Source: Antedon mediterranea (taxonomy: Eukaryota; Animalia; Echinodermata). Taken from it: a DNA stretch of 64,000 nucleotides. A program made the translations under genes and the position numbers. Below the pieces are notes generated by a model. The model saw only the letters and a program-made list of their open reading frames with translations, ran no database searches and was not told the origin of the DNA. The stretch spans positions 5,828,001 to 5,892,000 of the forward strand of contig NC_092672.1 of assembly GCF_964355755.1 (NCBI RefSeq). Reading direction: 5' to 3'. Of this stretch, positions 36,343 through 49,536 are shown in pieces (the stretch's first letter is position 1; each line of letters opens with the position of its first letter).

Positions 36343-37440
36343 TTACACTGTTGATGAATCATTGTTCTTAGAGTTTGATGTTGAAGCTTCTTCCTTCGAC
36401 CTCCCGAAAAAGTGCCGGCAAGTAATGATCCGTTTGTACGCGTTGCGAAAATGACGATTCCTCCAAGCATATATAAATGGATTAACACTAGAGTTGGCTA
36501 ATGATAATAAAGCAAATGCGTGAACAAGCACACTAGGAGCCGAGTGGTTTCTATCAAAAACAACTTGCAGAACAGCTGGTGTCCAACAAATCATAAACGT
36601 TATGAGAATAATGAAAGATGTTTTTGCTACTTTGATTTCCCGGTTTTGTTTTTTCATGTATTTTGATAAGTTTCTTTGTAGTTTATGGAGAGTTCTGACT
36701 GAGCTAGCAACACTCACCTGGCTGGTTGTACTGTTTTTACGTCGTCTACTTCGTCTAGAGCTCATCTGGACCGTTTTACAAATTTTATAGTAACAGAAAA
36801 AAAAAGTCATCATAGAAAACGCAAACATTATTAACATAGTAATAATTTGGTATATCCATGAATCATTGGTAGCTTTTATACCGCATGCCACAAGGTATTC
36901 ATTGTATCCAAAAACATCAATGGCACTTCCAGCAGGCAATACTAAGATGAAACTTCCAACCCATATCATGACACAGTAAAATATTGAACGGCATGTTGTG
37001 TAAAGAGTTGCATAACGTTGGTTCTGTACTATACAAAAGTAGCGATTTACCGCAATGGCTAAAAGGTTCAACACTGATGATACTAATGCTATAATTGCCA
37101 TTGCAGCCAATATGACACAAAATGTTTTTGAGGAGAACGGCCATCTGTCACTAATCAAAGTTAACAAATAAAACGGCTCGATAATCACGCAGACAATTAT
37201 GTCAGCTAGAGCTAAATTCACGAGGAAATAATTTCCTGTAATTCGTAGTTTATTTGTACGAACGATTGCAACGATTGTCAACAAGTTACCAAAAAGTCCA
37301 ACGACACAGAGAATGCTTAAAATGATACTTTCAACAATTAATAGCACTTGCGTTTCTTGTGGCTCTTTGGCAGCATTGTCCGACCCATTCATCACATTAT
37401 TATCTAGACTACTCATCGTGTTGTTATCAGGACTGTTCAT
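36343..37440 (-). CDS. Class A GPCR, NRY type (melatonin receptor/Moody/Tre1-like), paralog 1
   Basis: Intronless 365 aa, 7 TM, GN, NLALAD, C3.25, NRY, CWTP, NPFIY. Confidence 0.96.
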   Translation of the reverse strand: MNSPDNNTMSSLDNNVMNGSDNAAKEPQETQVLLIVESIILSILCVVGLFGNLLTIVAIVRTNKLRITGNYFLVNLALADIIVCVIIEPFYLLTLISDRWPFSSKTFCVILAAMAIIALVSSVLNLLAIAVNRYFCIVQNQRYATLYTTCRSIFYCVMIWVGSFILVLPAGSAIDVFGYNEYLVACGIKATNDSWIYQIITMLIMFAFSMMTFFFCYYKICKTVQMSSRRSRRRKNSTTSQVSVASSVRTLHKLQRNLSKYMKKQNREIKVAKTSFIILITFMICWTPAVLQVVFDRNHSAPSVLVHAFALLSLANSSVNPFIYAWRNRHFRNAYKRIITCRHFFGRSKEEASTSNSKNNDSSTV

Positions 37441-37500
37441 TTCGTGATGTAATTATCTGGGCTGGTCGTGTTATTTTTGGACTGCTTGTTTCAACTTTGT

Positions 37501-37625
37501 GCTGTGAAATTGTATGGTTTTTAAAAATTGTATTTTTATTCAGGAACCATCTCTATGTCACTGAACAATCGCCTTAGGTTTTACCTGTACACTATTCAAC
37601 CAATGAGAATGCTCTATCATCAAAC
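37501..37625 (-). promoter_or_regulatory. Conserved upstream block of the GPCR paralogs (CCAAT box)
   Basis: CAACCAATKAGAATGC plus TCACTG..AACAATC block recurs ~130-220 bp upstream of the starts of paralogs 1-4 (about 37597, 44304, 47430, 50763). Confidence 0.6.
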
Positions 37626-37899
37626 AATTCTCTGCTATTTTCAATTCATACATCAATCATTCCAGGAAGATTTCAACCACTATGATACAAACTCAGTTTT
37701 TTTGTCTTTCTATTTCCTTATTAATTGTGTTATTTTTTTTTTTATTTATTCGGTATATAAAAAATATATTACAAAACGACAGTCAAGGACTGAAATGAAT
37801 TGTATTACAAATATATAAAAATTAGTTAAAATTGCTATAAAAATAGAAACATCTAATTTAACATTTAATTAAAATTAAATATCGTACCATGAAATTAGA

Positions 37900-38450
37900 A
37901 AACATACATGAATAAAAAACCTCAAAACATTCACTTATTAGATATCTAAAAAATACTGGGGTACCAAATTACAAAATAAAAGAGCTAGTGGTGCCTATTA
38001 ATTATATCCACCATGGTGGGAACTGGAGACGACCCAAGTCTGCTGGTTTTACAATGAGGTACTTCTAGAAAGCGGTTGACTCTGAGAGACCGAGCTGGCT
38101 TATGAAGAGGGGGAAGTATTTCCCTAAACAGCTCGGATTTTAATAAGCCTTCCACGAAAGACAACACCAGTTTGTTTCTTGTCTCTACAAGAGTAGGTAA
38201 TCCAGTAACAGACAATGCAATGCATGATCATAGCACAAATAGGTGTTACCTAGCATGATTCATAATACTCTTTTTTTGTACTTTTTCAATAGACTTATCT
38301 TTAGTGATAGCGCCATGCCAAACAGGGGCAGCATATTCTAATATAGGTCTTATATACGGTAAGCCATATAAACAGTCAACAGATCATTAATTAAGATTAA
38401 ATAAAATAAACGTCTAGAAGCTCTAGACACAATATTATTAGTGTTAAGTA
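37900..38450 (-). mobile_element. CR1/L2 LINE ORF2 3' fragment
   Basis: Broken frames give SRASRRLFYL, IRPILEYAAPVWHG, IEKVQKRVL, GLPTLVETRNKL..KTSRLGSSPVP. Confidence 0.85.
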
Positions 38451-40585
38451 TGAGATGAATGAATGAGTACGAGTAGGAAATCCCATTCCTTATGTTTGGC
38501 GTACCGTAATTATGTACCCAGACCCCCATGGAACTATTCTCGGTCTTGTACAATATTTTGATATAAATTTTGTAGTACATCACATATAGTTCTGAAAAAA
38601 ACTGTTGAGTTTCTCAGAAGAGAAATTTAACAGTTCTTTTCAGGACTATATACATGTGGTGTACCACAAACTATATGTCAACATATTGATTTTGCCAAAC
38701 ATTTAAACAATAAATTGTATGATATTATTATACAATACAATAAAATATACATATACATATATCTCTTTTGGGACATCCCTATTCTTCGTATTGCTATCAG
38801 AACAGCTCATTTCAACATATGTCAAAATTGATTTGTATTTCAAGAAACATTGTGAAAATAGCAATGAGCTGATAACCTTATCCGAAAATATCACCATTTC
38901 AATCATACTATTTTATTCTATATGCCTACTTTGATCAAGTTATTGAAAAGTATGATGATGTCTGTATGATTTTTGTGCGTTCATGCCACAACTATCGACC
39001 AAATACAGTTATAACCAATGAAAAGGTCATCTTGTGAATTTAAACATGTGTTATAATTAATTATAAGAAGTAGTCTATTTTAAGATTTGACTTTTTAAGA
39101 TCAATTATTATGATTAGTTTTGATTAAATTACAAATGATACTTAGAATCCTTGAACAACTGTTATATATTAATAATAAATATGCTCTATGTTAACGTAAT
39201 GAAAGTGGTATAATCAGTATATGGAATATTGAAGGTTTCAGAGCAGAGCATAAGATTTTGCATGCCCCAATCTAGCATCCACATTTTTCTAGATAGGAGC
39301 AATGAACTATAGTGATATAATAATGTGAATGATAATATTGGAATAGCATATGATAGCCATGGGGGTGAGCCTATGTACCATACCGATTGCATCATTTAGC
39401 AAGATGCTTCACTCTCATTGGAGTATTTTGAGCGTTGAGATTGTTTAACGAAAAAGCTTTCGTTGCCAACGTTTTCTATTCAAAGACCTTCTGTTGAGCA
39501 CAAATTTACAATTCGAATACAAAAAGTACTCAACGAATCTTTACGTTGAAAACGAAAGTTCCCAATCGAATACGACAATTGCTTGTCCTTCAAATGGGAT
39601 GTAAAGCTGTCCCATGTAGTGCACCTTAAAGAACTTGGTATACAATTCGAGCCTGGTGTGCTGATCTAGTAGGCGCTGCACTGCTGGCTGCCATGGGTCC
39701 GTGGAGTGCCTAATCCAATTTTCCTCAGTTTCCAGTTAACTTTGAGTACGAATTTAAAATACATTCAACATTTTACATTTATATTTGCTGTTATATATAC
39801 TCCATAACCTTTTGTCATTATATTGACTTTACTTGTACGTGAACAACATTATACCAGGACTTTAAAGACCAGAGTGCCACTCATAGAGATGCCATTTGTA
39901 ATATGCTATCAAAAACATTTGTTTAAATGTGTAATAAAGCGGTTTTACGAAGATTTTGACTTTATTTTCTGGAACTACCGATTTTTATTATAGTTAGATT
40001 TTTATTGCTATCTTGTGACCTGAAGAATACATAGCTCTTATATATTTAGCATTTACAATATTATGATTGTTGATTTCTACACATTGCACTTAAAGTACAA
40101 GTCATTAGTAGAATACAGATTTCTTGAAAAATATATTAATAGCTTTTTTAAAGCAATATTTCCTTGAGATTGAAAAACATTTTATTTTTTGTTTTGTAAT
40201 ATTTAAGATGTATTGTCCTCAAAAAACATGAAAAATGAAGATTAATTAAATCAGACTTTAAATATGCCGTTTTGTAGTTTTAATAATGGTAATCACTTCC
40301 GTAGAAAAAAGAATTAAAGCAAATAATGTTTTCACTTATAAAATGACAAAATAGATGGTTAAATTCAACCAAAAACCCATTGGCTGGCAGCTAATTTGAC
40401 TAGTTTTCGCTTTAAATTTAGGTAAATACATTTTGTTTCAATCAAATTTTTGGTTAAACTGAATAACTATTATATTAAAATGAAATTTTTCATGGGACAA
40501 TTATACATGTAAATACTGTTATTAAAACACAATTTGTTTTTGAAAGGTTAAAAAAATGAATTTTTCTGCTTTTAAATACAAATTG

Positions 40586-40890
40586 GTGAGTGGCCGAGCG
40601 GTTAAGACAGTGGAACCGTAATTACGTAGCCATAACATCGGCAAGGGTTCGAGGCTCACTCGCTCCATGGTTCTGGTGGTAGAACGAGTCTTCTCGGATA
40701 AGGACTATAAACCGTAGGTCCAGTGTACACATCTAGCTCGTGTGCACTTTAAAGAACCTAGTACATCTTTCGAGACGAGTAGGGGGTTACCCCGGTGTAT
40801 TAGTACATCACAGCCACTGATCACCAACTGGGCCCTCTGGGAGACCAGTCTTTGACTGAAGAGGTTACCCAGTATAAATATAAATTTCAA
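40586..40890 (+). mobile_element. tRNA-derived Deu-domain SINE, full length
   Basis: TGGCCGAGCGG / GGTTCGAG boxes; core GGATAAGGACTATAAACCGTAGGTCC..TTAAAGAACC..GAGTAGGGGGTTACCCCGGTGT resembles the Deu/Nin domain. Confidence 0.9.
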
Positions 40891-42980
40891 AATTTTGGTT
40901 AGGTTCTACTAATTTGTGCCATTTATTCCTGCCGTAGGCCAGATGCGTGGGTCAGTGTAATTTAATAAGTCATATTATGTTAATTATTATTTATCCTTTA
41001 TATTTTTAATAATGGCGGCCAGTATAGATTCATGTCCTGATTCTTTAGTTCATTGTCATACAGAATTATAAACTCTTTTATATACTTTTATCCCCTTTGA
41101 AGACAATAAAAGAATTATTAGTTGGATTGTCAAGGTCCCCGGATATACTTTATGCCACTAAAACCAAATAACTTTATGAGGCCATAATTTTTTTTTTCCT
41201 TTTATTCCTGATCAGTTTTTGTGGATTGAATATGGATCTGAATAAATTTTATTATACCAATTAAATTATAAATAATTGATTAATAATCCAAAGTCTTATG
41301 GAAGGCCATATAGATTTGTTGGTTCGTTGAATTTGATTTGATTCTAGTCATTAAAATACTTCTATGATTTACTGTATGGTTTAGCAATAAAACGCAAAAC
41401 ATTTTAATAAAATGCAACAAAAGCAATTTCTTCAGATCAAAATGTCACAATGTAATGTATAAATGACGTACAAAGAATTGTACTGGTATTTGAACAGCAT
41501 TGAACCAGGAATTTGGATTTAAAGACCAGGGTGCCAGGTTACAGTACCACTCATCTATCAGATACCCTTTGTAATATGATTAAAAACATTTGTATGTATG
41601 TAATAAAGCGGTTTTACAAAGATTTTATCCGCGTTCAATTTCTAGAAATTCTTTCATCACTACCGATTTTATTGTTGTCTTTTACTTGGAATAAAAAACT
41701 ATTTTACTTGGAATGTTTGTTGTACGGTACGTAAACTTCCTTGTATCTTTAGGGTCAACCTGACCGTAGTGAACGGATTTAAAGTGAGTTTATATTACAA
41801 ATTGAGTTTATATTTGCCAGTTTCCTTCTAAACTCATTTACATTGTAGCTGGATTTTTACTGAGCTAAACAAGTTTTTTTCCAGTTTTTGTAGAACTATT
41901 AATTATTAACCATAATAGTTCATAGGCAAACGTGCAAATGAGTTAAGGTTAAGTTAGTTTTTTGATGTTGCACCATTGAAATTACCTAAAACTCGGCTTG
42001 AAGTCCGTTGATACTACAATTGAGGCCAAAATCGCCCCAGTTTCAAAACAGATTCAATTTAGAGGTTTTTTTTATAAAAATTGAGTCTTAAATATTCCTT
42101 TCTTTCATGATAATGAAACTAATATATGAACATGGACACGATGTGTTATGGTGCTTAGTTGCTGATGTGACTAAATAAAAATGAGAATTATTCACATAAA
42201 CTATGCATAGGTTAGTGTTTGCCAATGTTATTTTTATTAATAAATGTGAATGTTAAACATACATATTAGTGTCCAATTAGCAAAATAAGGTTTTTTAAAA
42301 GTAACTTTTAATATTAATACAGTATTTCCTTTACACAATCGTCTATTGCTAATTCAATATCATGTCGTTGGTGTAAAAATTACTTTACTTTATAACAGTC
42401 AAATTGTATTAGTAATGGAGGATTTAATGAAAAGATTTATATAGAAATTACTATCTATTTTCTGAACAAATATTTAAATTTGTTTATATTAAATTATACA
42501 ATTATATTATGAAATTCAGTAATCCATGAAATAAGGGTGTCCCAAAGGAAGGTTCTAGTCAGAAATATTACAATACTTTCTTCCAAGATTCTGCAAAGGT
42601 TATTGTATCAGAACAAGTACTTAACGAATCAAGATATCAAAATCTGTTAAAAACAACTGATGCAGATGTTAAAAGTGTATTTACAGTACTCCAAGGTTAT
42701 GTGTTTAATTTTATTTGTTATTAAAACTAAGAAGTTGCCTATTATATATTATGTATTTGATATATTTAAAAAAATAATGCTTACATAGACATTTAAAAAA
42801 ATTGAAAAAACAAGCCTTAAATATGATTTATAACTCATCTTCTAGTCCAGCATGTTAAATTGTGTGTCATGAATATAGTAATCATTGAATGTCCTCTGTG
42901 AGTGTTTGCTGTTTTAAGCCGATTTTCAACTAGGTGAATTTGTTCGCGCAAATGGAAAGCAGGAATTAAGAATTCCTGTT

Positions 42981-44138
42981 TTATAACTTGGTTGTCAAAT
43001 CATCAGTCCTTTGTCTTGGTGAAACGTCTTTAACTGACTTCTCAAAAAAGTGCCGGCAAGTAAAGATCCGTTTGTACGTGTTGCGGAATTGTTGATTTCT
43101 CCAAGCATATATAAATGGATTGATGCTAGAGTTGGCTAATTCCAATAAGATAAACATGGGAGCAAAAACACCAGGAGCCACGTGAGTTCTGTCAAAAACA
43201 ACTAGCAGGACAAACGGTGTCCAACAAATAATAAATGCAGAGAGAACAATGAAAGATGTTTTTGCTACTTGGATTTCTCGTGTTTGTTGGTTAAGTTTGC
43301 TTTTTGATAGATGTTTCTGTAGTTTAGTAAGGGTTCCGACAGAGCCAGCAAGACATACCTGACTGGTTGTGTTGCTGCTACTACATTGTTTAGTTCTTGT
43401 AGAGCTCATGTGGGCTTCTTTCCAAATGTTATAATAACAGAAGACAAAGGTAATGATTGAAAATGTAAATAGTATTACCATACTAATCGTTTGGTACATC
43501 CATGATTCATCGCTATCTATAAATCCGCATCCTAGATAGGGTTCATCGAATCCAAGTATGCCAAATCCTGCAGGAATTATTGTGGATGAAATTGAACCAA
43601 CCCATATCATGACGCAGTAAAATATTGTGCGGCGTGTTGTGTAAAGAGTTGCATAACGTTGGTTCTGTACTATACAAAAGTAGCGATTTACAGCAATGGC
43701 TAAAAGATTCAACACTGATGATGATAATGCTACAACTGCCATTGCAGCCAATATGGCACAAAATGTGTTTGAGGAAAACGGCCATCTGCCACTTATCAAA
43801 GTTAACAAATAAAACGGCTCGATAATCACGCAAACAATTATATCAGCTAGAGCTAAATTCACGAGGAAATAATTTTCAGTAATTCGTAGTTTATTTGTAC
43901 GAACGATCGCAACGATTGTCAATAAGTTACCAAAAAGTCCAACGACACAGAGAATGATTAAAATGATAATTTCAACAATTAATAGCACTTGCGTTTGTTG
44001 CGGCTCTTTTGCAGCATTATCCGACCCATTCATCATGAGATTATCTAGACTATTCATTGTGTTGTTATCTGGACTGATGCTCATTTCAACGTATTCTGTA
44101 AAATTATATTCCCTTGGGTCTAAGGACCCAATCACCAT
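42981..44138 (-). CDS. Class A GPCR, NRY type, paralog 2
   Basis: Intronless 385-aa ORF (alternative ATG at 44084), all 7TM motifs. Confidence 0.96.
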   Translation of the reverse strand: MVIGSLDPREYNFTEYVEMSISPDNNTMNSLDNLMMNGSDNAAKEPQQTQVLLIVEIIILIILCVVGLFGNLLTIVAIVRTNKLRITENYFLVNLALADIIVCVIIEPFYLLTLISGRWPFSSNTFCAILAAMAVVALSSSVLNLLAIAVNRYFCIVQNQRYATLYTTRRTIFYCVMIWVGSISSTIIPAGFGILGFDEPYLGCGFIDSDESWMYQTISMVILFTFSIITFVFCYYNIWKEAHMSSTRTKQCSSSNTTSQVCLAGSVGTLTKLQKHLSKSKLNQQTREIQVAKTSFIVLSAFIICWTPFVLLVVFDRTHVAPGVFAPMFILLELANSSINPFIYAWRNQQFRNTYKRIFTCRHFFEKSVKDVSPRQRTDDLTTKL

Positions 44139-46186
44139 GTGAATATTCTGGTCTGTTCATGTTATTTTCTAGACTGCTTTTTTTATTAATCAGACTGTTC
44201 GTTTCAACGGATGCTGTGAAATTGTATGGTTTTGTTATCTATTCGGAAACCATCGTATATCACTGTTTTGAACAATCACCTTTGTTTTAACATTTAATAT
44301 ATTCAACCAATGAGAATGCTCTATCATCAAACTATTCTCTGCTATTTTCAATTAATACATCAATCACTTTATTCATTTTTAAAAACCACAAGCAGATTTC
44401 AATCAGTGTTCTACACGATATAAAGTCAGGATTGGTTTTCGTCTTTGTATTTCCTTATTATCATATGAGAGTATAATCATTTTTTTACGCCTCCCCTCAT
44501 CGGACAATTCTAGCTTATACAATACAATAAAATATTTTCTCTTTTTCGTTTCGTTGCGCGAACGGTGAGAATGCTCAGGCTTATAAATTCATGGTGTTTT
44601 ACGCTATATAGCTTCCTAGCTTATAATAGATTGATTCGTATATGATTTTTTTTCTAGTTTTTGTAGAACTATTAATTATTTATAGTTCATAGGCAAACGT
44701 GCAAATGAGTTGAGGTTAAGTTAGTTTTTTTAATGTTGCACCAATGAAATTACCTAAAACTCGGCGTGAAGTCAGTTGATACTACAATTGAGGCCAAATT
44801 CGTTTTTTAGAAATTATTTAAGTCTTTTTTTTCCTTTATTTTTTTTTTTACCTATTTCTATAAAAATTGAGTCTTCAATAATATGCCTTTCTTTCATGAT
44901 AATGAAACTAATATATGAACATCACGATGTGTTATGGTGCTTAGTTGCTGATGTGACTAAATAAAAATGAGAATTATTCACATAAACTATGCATAGGTTA
45001 TTGTTTGCCAATGTTATTTTTATTAATAAATGTGAATGTTAAACATACATATTAGTGTCCAATTAGCAAAATAAGGTTTTTTAAAAGTAACTTTTAATAT
45101 TAATACAGTATTTCCTTTACACAATCGTCTATTGCTAATTCAATATCATGTCGTTTGTGTAAAAATTACTTTACTTTATAACAGTCAAATTGTATTAGTA
45201 ATGGAGGATAATGAAAAGATTTATATAGGATACAGTATAGTAATTTTCTGAACAAATATTTACATTTTTTTATATTATATTATACAATTATATTATGAAA
45301 TTCAGTAATCCCTGAAATAAGGATGTCCCAAAGGAGGGTTCTAGTTAGAAAAACTGCAATACTTTCTTCCAAGATTTTTTTACCGAATCAGGATATCAAA
45401 ATCTGTTAAAAACAACTGATGCAGATGTTAAAAGTGTATTTACAATACTCGAAGGTTATGTGTTTAATTTTATTGTTATTAAAACTAAGAAGCCTATTAT
45501 ATATTGTGTATTTGATATATTTTCAAAAATAATGCTATACATAGATATTTTTAAAAATTGAAAAAGCAAGCCTTAAATATGATTTATAACTCATCTTCTA
45601 ATCCATATCATGTAATCATTGGATGTCCTCCGAATAGTTCAAATTGTTTCTACTTTTTGCGAAGCGAAATATTGCGAAACCAATCAGAGCCCAGGAAATG
45701 AGCCATGACGCTTTCATGAGCACTCATGCGAATCGAAAAGCTCAGCAGCCATGCGAGGAACATGAAAGTCGCAGCTAATTCGCTCATTTAGTGGAAAGAG
45801 AGTAGCGCGATTGTTTTTCTCTTCGAAACATTGGATTCGCGCGAACAAATTCACCTAGTAGAAAATCAGCTTTACCAAACCTCTAAATTCTAAGATCTTC
45901 ATATGTCATATTAAACTCCACCTCATAACAGCTTTCATCAGATTCATGAGTTACTGTATGTTATTTCTTCTTTCTTATCATCTCAAAGTGCCATATTTTT
46001 TCATTAAATTCCACATTTTGTCTGATAGACAATTTGTAGATCCATTAAGCCTAGTGTTATCCTGAACATTCTGCCGTATAGATTTGGCCAACTTATTGTT
46101 CAACTTAGTTCTTCCCAATGGACACACTTCTCATAGGCCTTACTGACTGCTATGCATGAATTAAGAATTAAGACAAAATTCCTACT

Positions 46187-47296
46187 TTATAACTCGGTTG
46201 TGGAATCATCAGTCCTTCGTCTTGATGAAATATCTTTAACTGACTTCTCAAAAAAGTGCCGGCAGGTAATGATCCGTTTGTATGCGTTGCGAAATTGTCG
46301 ATTCCTCCAAGCAAATATAAATGGATTGATGCTAGAGTTGGCTAATGACAATAATACCAACATGGAAGCAAGAACACTAGGAGCCACATGTTTTTTATGA
46401 AGAACAACTAGCAGGACAAACGGTGTCCAACAAATTATAAATGCAGAGAGAACAATGAAAGATGTTTTTGCTACTTGGATTTCTCGTGTTTGTGTGTTAA
46501 GTTTGCTTTTTGATAGATGTTTCTGTAGTTTAGTAAGGGTTCCGACAGAGCCAGGAAGACATACCTGACTGGTTGTGCTGCTGCTACTACATTGTTTAGT
46601 TCTTGTAGAGCTCATGTGGGCTTCTTTCCAAATTTTATAGTAACAGAAGACAAAGGTAATGATCGAAAATGTAAATAATATTACCATATTAATAATTTGG
46701 AATATCCATGAGTCATCACTATCTATATATCCGCATGCTAGATAGTGTTCATTGAATCCAAGTATGCCAAATCCTGCAGGAATGATTACAATTGAACTTC
46801 CAACCCATATCATGACACAGTAAAATACTGTACGGCGTGTTGTGTAAAGAGTTGCATAACGTTGGTTCTGTACTATACAAAAGTAGCGATTTACAGCAAT
46901 GGCTAAAAGGTTCAACACTGATGATGATAATGTTATTATTGATATTCCAGCCAATATGACACAAAATGTGTTTGAGGAAAACGGCCATCTGCCACTGAAC
47001 AAAGTTAACAAGTAAAACGGCTCGACAATCACGCAAACAATTATATCAGCTAGAGCTAAATTCACGAGGAAATAATTTGCCGTAATTCGTAGTTTATTTG
47101 TACGAACGATCGCAGCGATTGTCAACACGTTACCAAAAAGTCCAACGACACAGAGAATGATTAAAATGATACTTTCAACAATTGGTATCACTTGCTCTTC
47201 TTGTGGCTCTGTGTTGGTAACATTATCCGACCCATTCAACATGTTATTATCTAGACTACTCATCATGGTGTATTCTGTAAAATTATCTAATGACAT
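46187..47296 (-). CDS. Class A GPCR, NRY type, paralog 3
   Basis: First ATG at 47296 (the track ORF starts at GTG 47302); 369 aa, all 7TM motifs. Confidence 0.96.
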   Translation of the reverse strand: MSLDNFTEYTMMSSLDNNMLNGSDNVTNTEPQEEQVIPIVESIILIILCVVGLFGNVLTIAAIVRTNKLRITANYFLVNLALADIIVCVIVEPFYLLTLFSGRWPFSSNTFCVILAGISIITLSSSVLNLLAIAVNRYFCIVQNQRYATLYTTRRTVFYCVMIWVGSSIVIIPAGFGILGFNEHYLACGYIDSDDSWIFQIINMVILFTFSIITFVFCYYKIWKEAHMSSTRTKQCSSSSTTSQVCLPGSVGTLTKLQKHLSKSKLNTQTREIQVAKTSFIVLSAFIICWTPFVLLVVLHKKHVAPSVLASMLVLLSLANSSINPFIFAWRNRQFRNAYKRIITCRHFFEKSVKDISSRRRTDDSTTEL

Positions 47297-49536
47297 GATC
47301 ACCGTGTGATTATCTGGGCTGCAAGTTTTGCGTGTGCTGTGAAATTGTATGGTTTTGTTATTCAGGAACCATTGCTATATCACTGTTTTGAACAATCACC
47401 TTTGTTTTTAACCTTTATAACTGTATATTCAACCAATTAGAATGCTCTATCATCAATCAGTGTTTTACAGGATATTAAACAATACAATAACATATTTTCT
47501 CATTATCGTTTCGTTTTTTTTGTTTTTGTATTTTCTCATTATCTAATATTTTGATTTATAGTGATGAAAACCAAAATTTCAAATTGTAACTTTATCAAAC
47601 TAACAGTTTAGCTGTATCTCTGGAAATACAGGTCCGATTTTAAAATTAAGGTATTTTTTTTAAAGAGAGATCTTAAGGAATCTAAATATAGCATTTGTGT
47701 GTGCTTTGGTGTACTCATGAGTTGGATAAAACTTTGATCTTTATTTTAACCTTGAAAATTAGAATGTTTTACGCTATTAGCTTCCCAGCTTAAAATAGAT
47801 TGATTTGTATGCATGATTTTTTATTACAAGAACCCTTAGCACATAAAGAATAAAGCTATTTTTTCTTTTTTCTATATTGCGGGTTAATTCCTTTTATTTA
47901 ATTCCTTATTGTTCATTTTTTAAAACTACAAGCAGATTTCAATCAGTGTTCTTACACGATATAAAGTCAGGATTTGTTTTCGTCTTTGTATTTCCTTATC
48001 ATATGAGAGTATAATCATTTTTAAATTTACGCCTCCCCTCATCGGACAATTCTAGCTTATACAATGCAATTAAATATTTTCTCTTTTTCGTTTCGTTTTT
48101 TTTTTGTCTTTGTATTTCCTTATTTTCTAATATATTAATTTATAGCAGTAAAGCCAACATTTAAAATTTTGACTTTAATCGTAAAACGGATGGTTTTCGA
48201 GATATCGCAATTAAAATTTTTCGCGAATGGTGAGAATGCTCAGGCTTATAAATTCATGGTGTTTTACGCTATGTAGCTTTCTAGCTTAAAATAGATTGAT
48301 TCGTATATGATTTTTTATTGCAAGAAACTTTAACACATAAATAATATAATTTCTTTTGTCTATTGTGGGTTAATTCCACTTTTATTTCTTCATTTGTTAT
48401 AACATAATATACATAATTTTATGTAACATAAATAATAATATTGAAATCAATTATAAGCATTTACATTGCCACATACACATGTATAATGTATATATTTCTT
48501 TACTTACAGTATATTTACCATTTATTATAAAACAAGTTGGACAAAAAAATAGTTATTGTGAATAGCCAGCAATATCGTACTATTTAAACAATCAGTTTTG
48601 TTTAAACTTTAAAATGTTGCAATTTTTCACTAATTACCATACTGACACAGGTGTAAGCCCACCATCTGGTACGGTCCACTCCCTCCATTTTGTGCACAAA
48701 CAAACAAACTGGTATAAGTCCACCCTTAATTTTGAGATCTAAGAACACTCCTTTGTCCCTATTGTTACAGTGCAGTAGTTATGGGGAATTTGCTAATATT
48801 TCTTCCAAAATCTACTGTATATTGGCTATTAGTATTTTATATGAATAGCGAATATTTGAACAAAAATATAAAAGACCTTGGAGTTTCTTAACCTTTTAAT
48901 TTAATTTAATTTTTTGTATGATAACTTTATGGCCACCATTGAGATGAACAAGTGTTACTGTGATTAAATCAAGTTTGATTTAATATTATTATGATCTAGC
49001 CGAGAACATTAGCTGAAGTGTAAGGAGACAATTATCAGCTGTGTCTACTAGCTATCATTAAATATACTAGAAAATATCTGCAAATAAGCAATGTTTGTTT
49101 GTTTTTCTTTCATTGTCTTCCTCTTCAGATTACATGATTATCTTCTTTATATCTTGTGCCTCTATTTCCTCCAATCTGATTTTCAACTATCTTTTGATGT
49201 GATCTCTTATCATTACTTACTGTTCTACCAAACTCTAAAATTCCAAGCACTTTTCAGTACATCATTTTCATATGTCCCATAAATTTCATACTCATATCAG
49301 CTTCTTTCTTTCAGTTTTGTGTTTTGTTTTGTTCTGTCTTCCATTAATTAGTTATACCACTCCTTCATTTTGGTTCTTTTCAAAATTACTTTTTTTCTGT
49401 ATGTTCCACATTTTGGCACAATACATCAATTTACATAGACTTGGTAGTCATTTTCATTGTAAACATACAGCCATACAGATATGACCAACTCATTTACATT
49501 GTCAATTTCAATGAACTTCTCATACAGCTAATTTCT

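Larger units (their letters stand above)
41874..48315. repeat. Tandem segmental duplication containing GPCR paralogs 2 and 3
   Basis: 41874-42897 closely matches 44646-45630; 44370-44653 matches 47910-48315; junction in a T tract at about 44646-44653. Confidence 0.9.

Noticed and set aside
40586-40665. tRNA gene
   Set aside because: A/B boxes are present but there is no proper cloverleaf, and it continues into a SINE body found in several copies.
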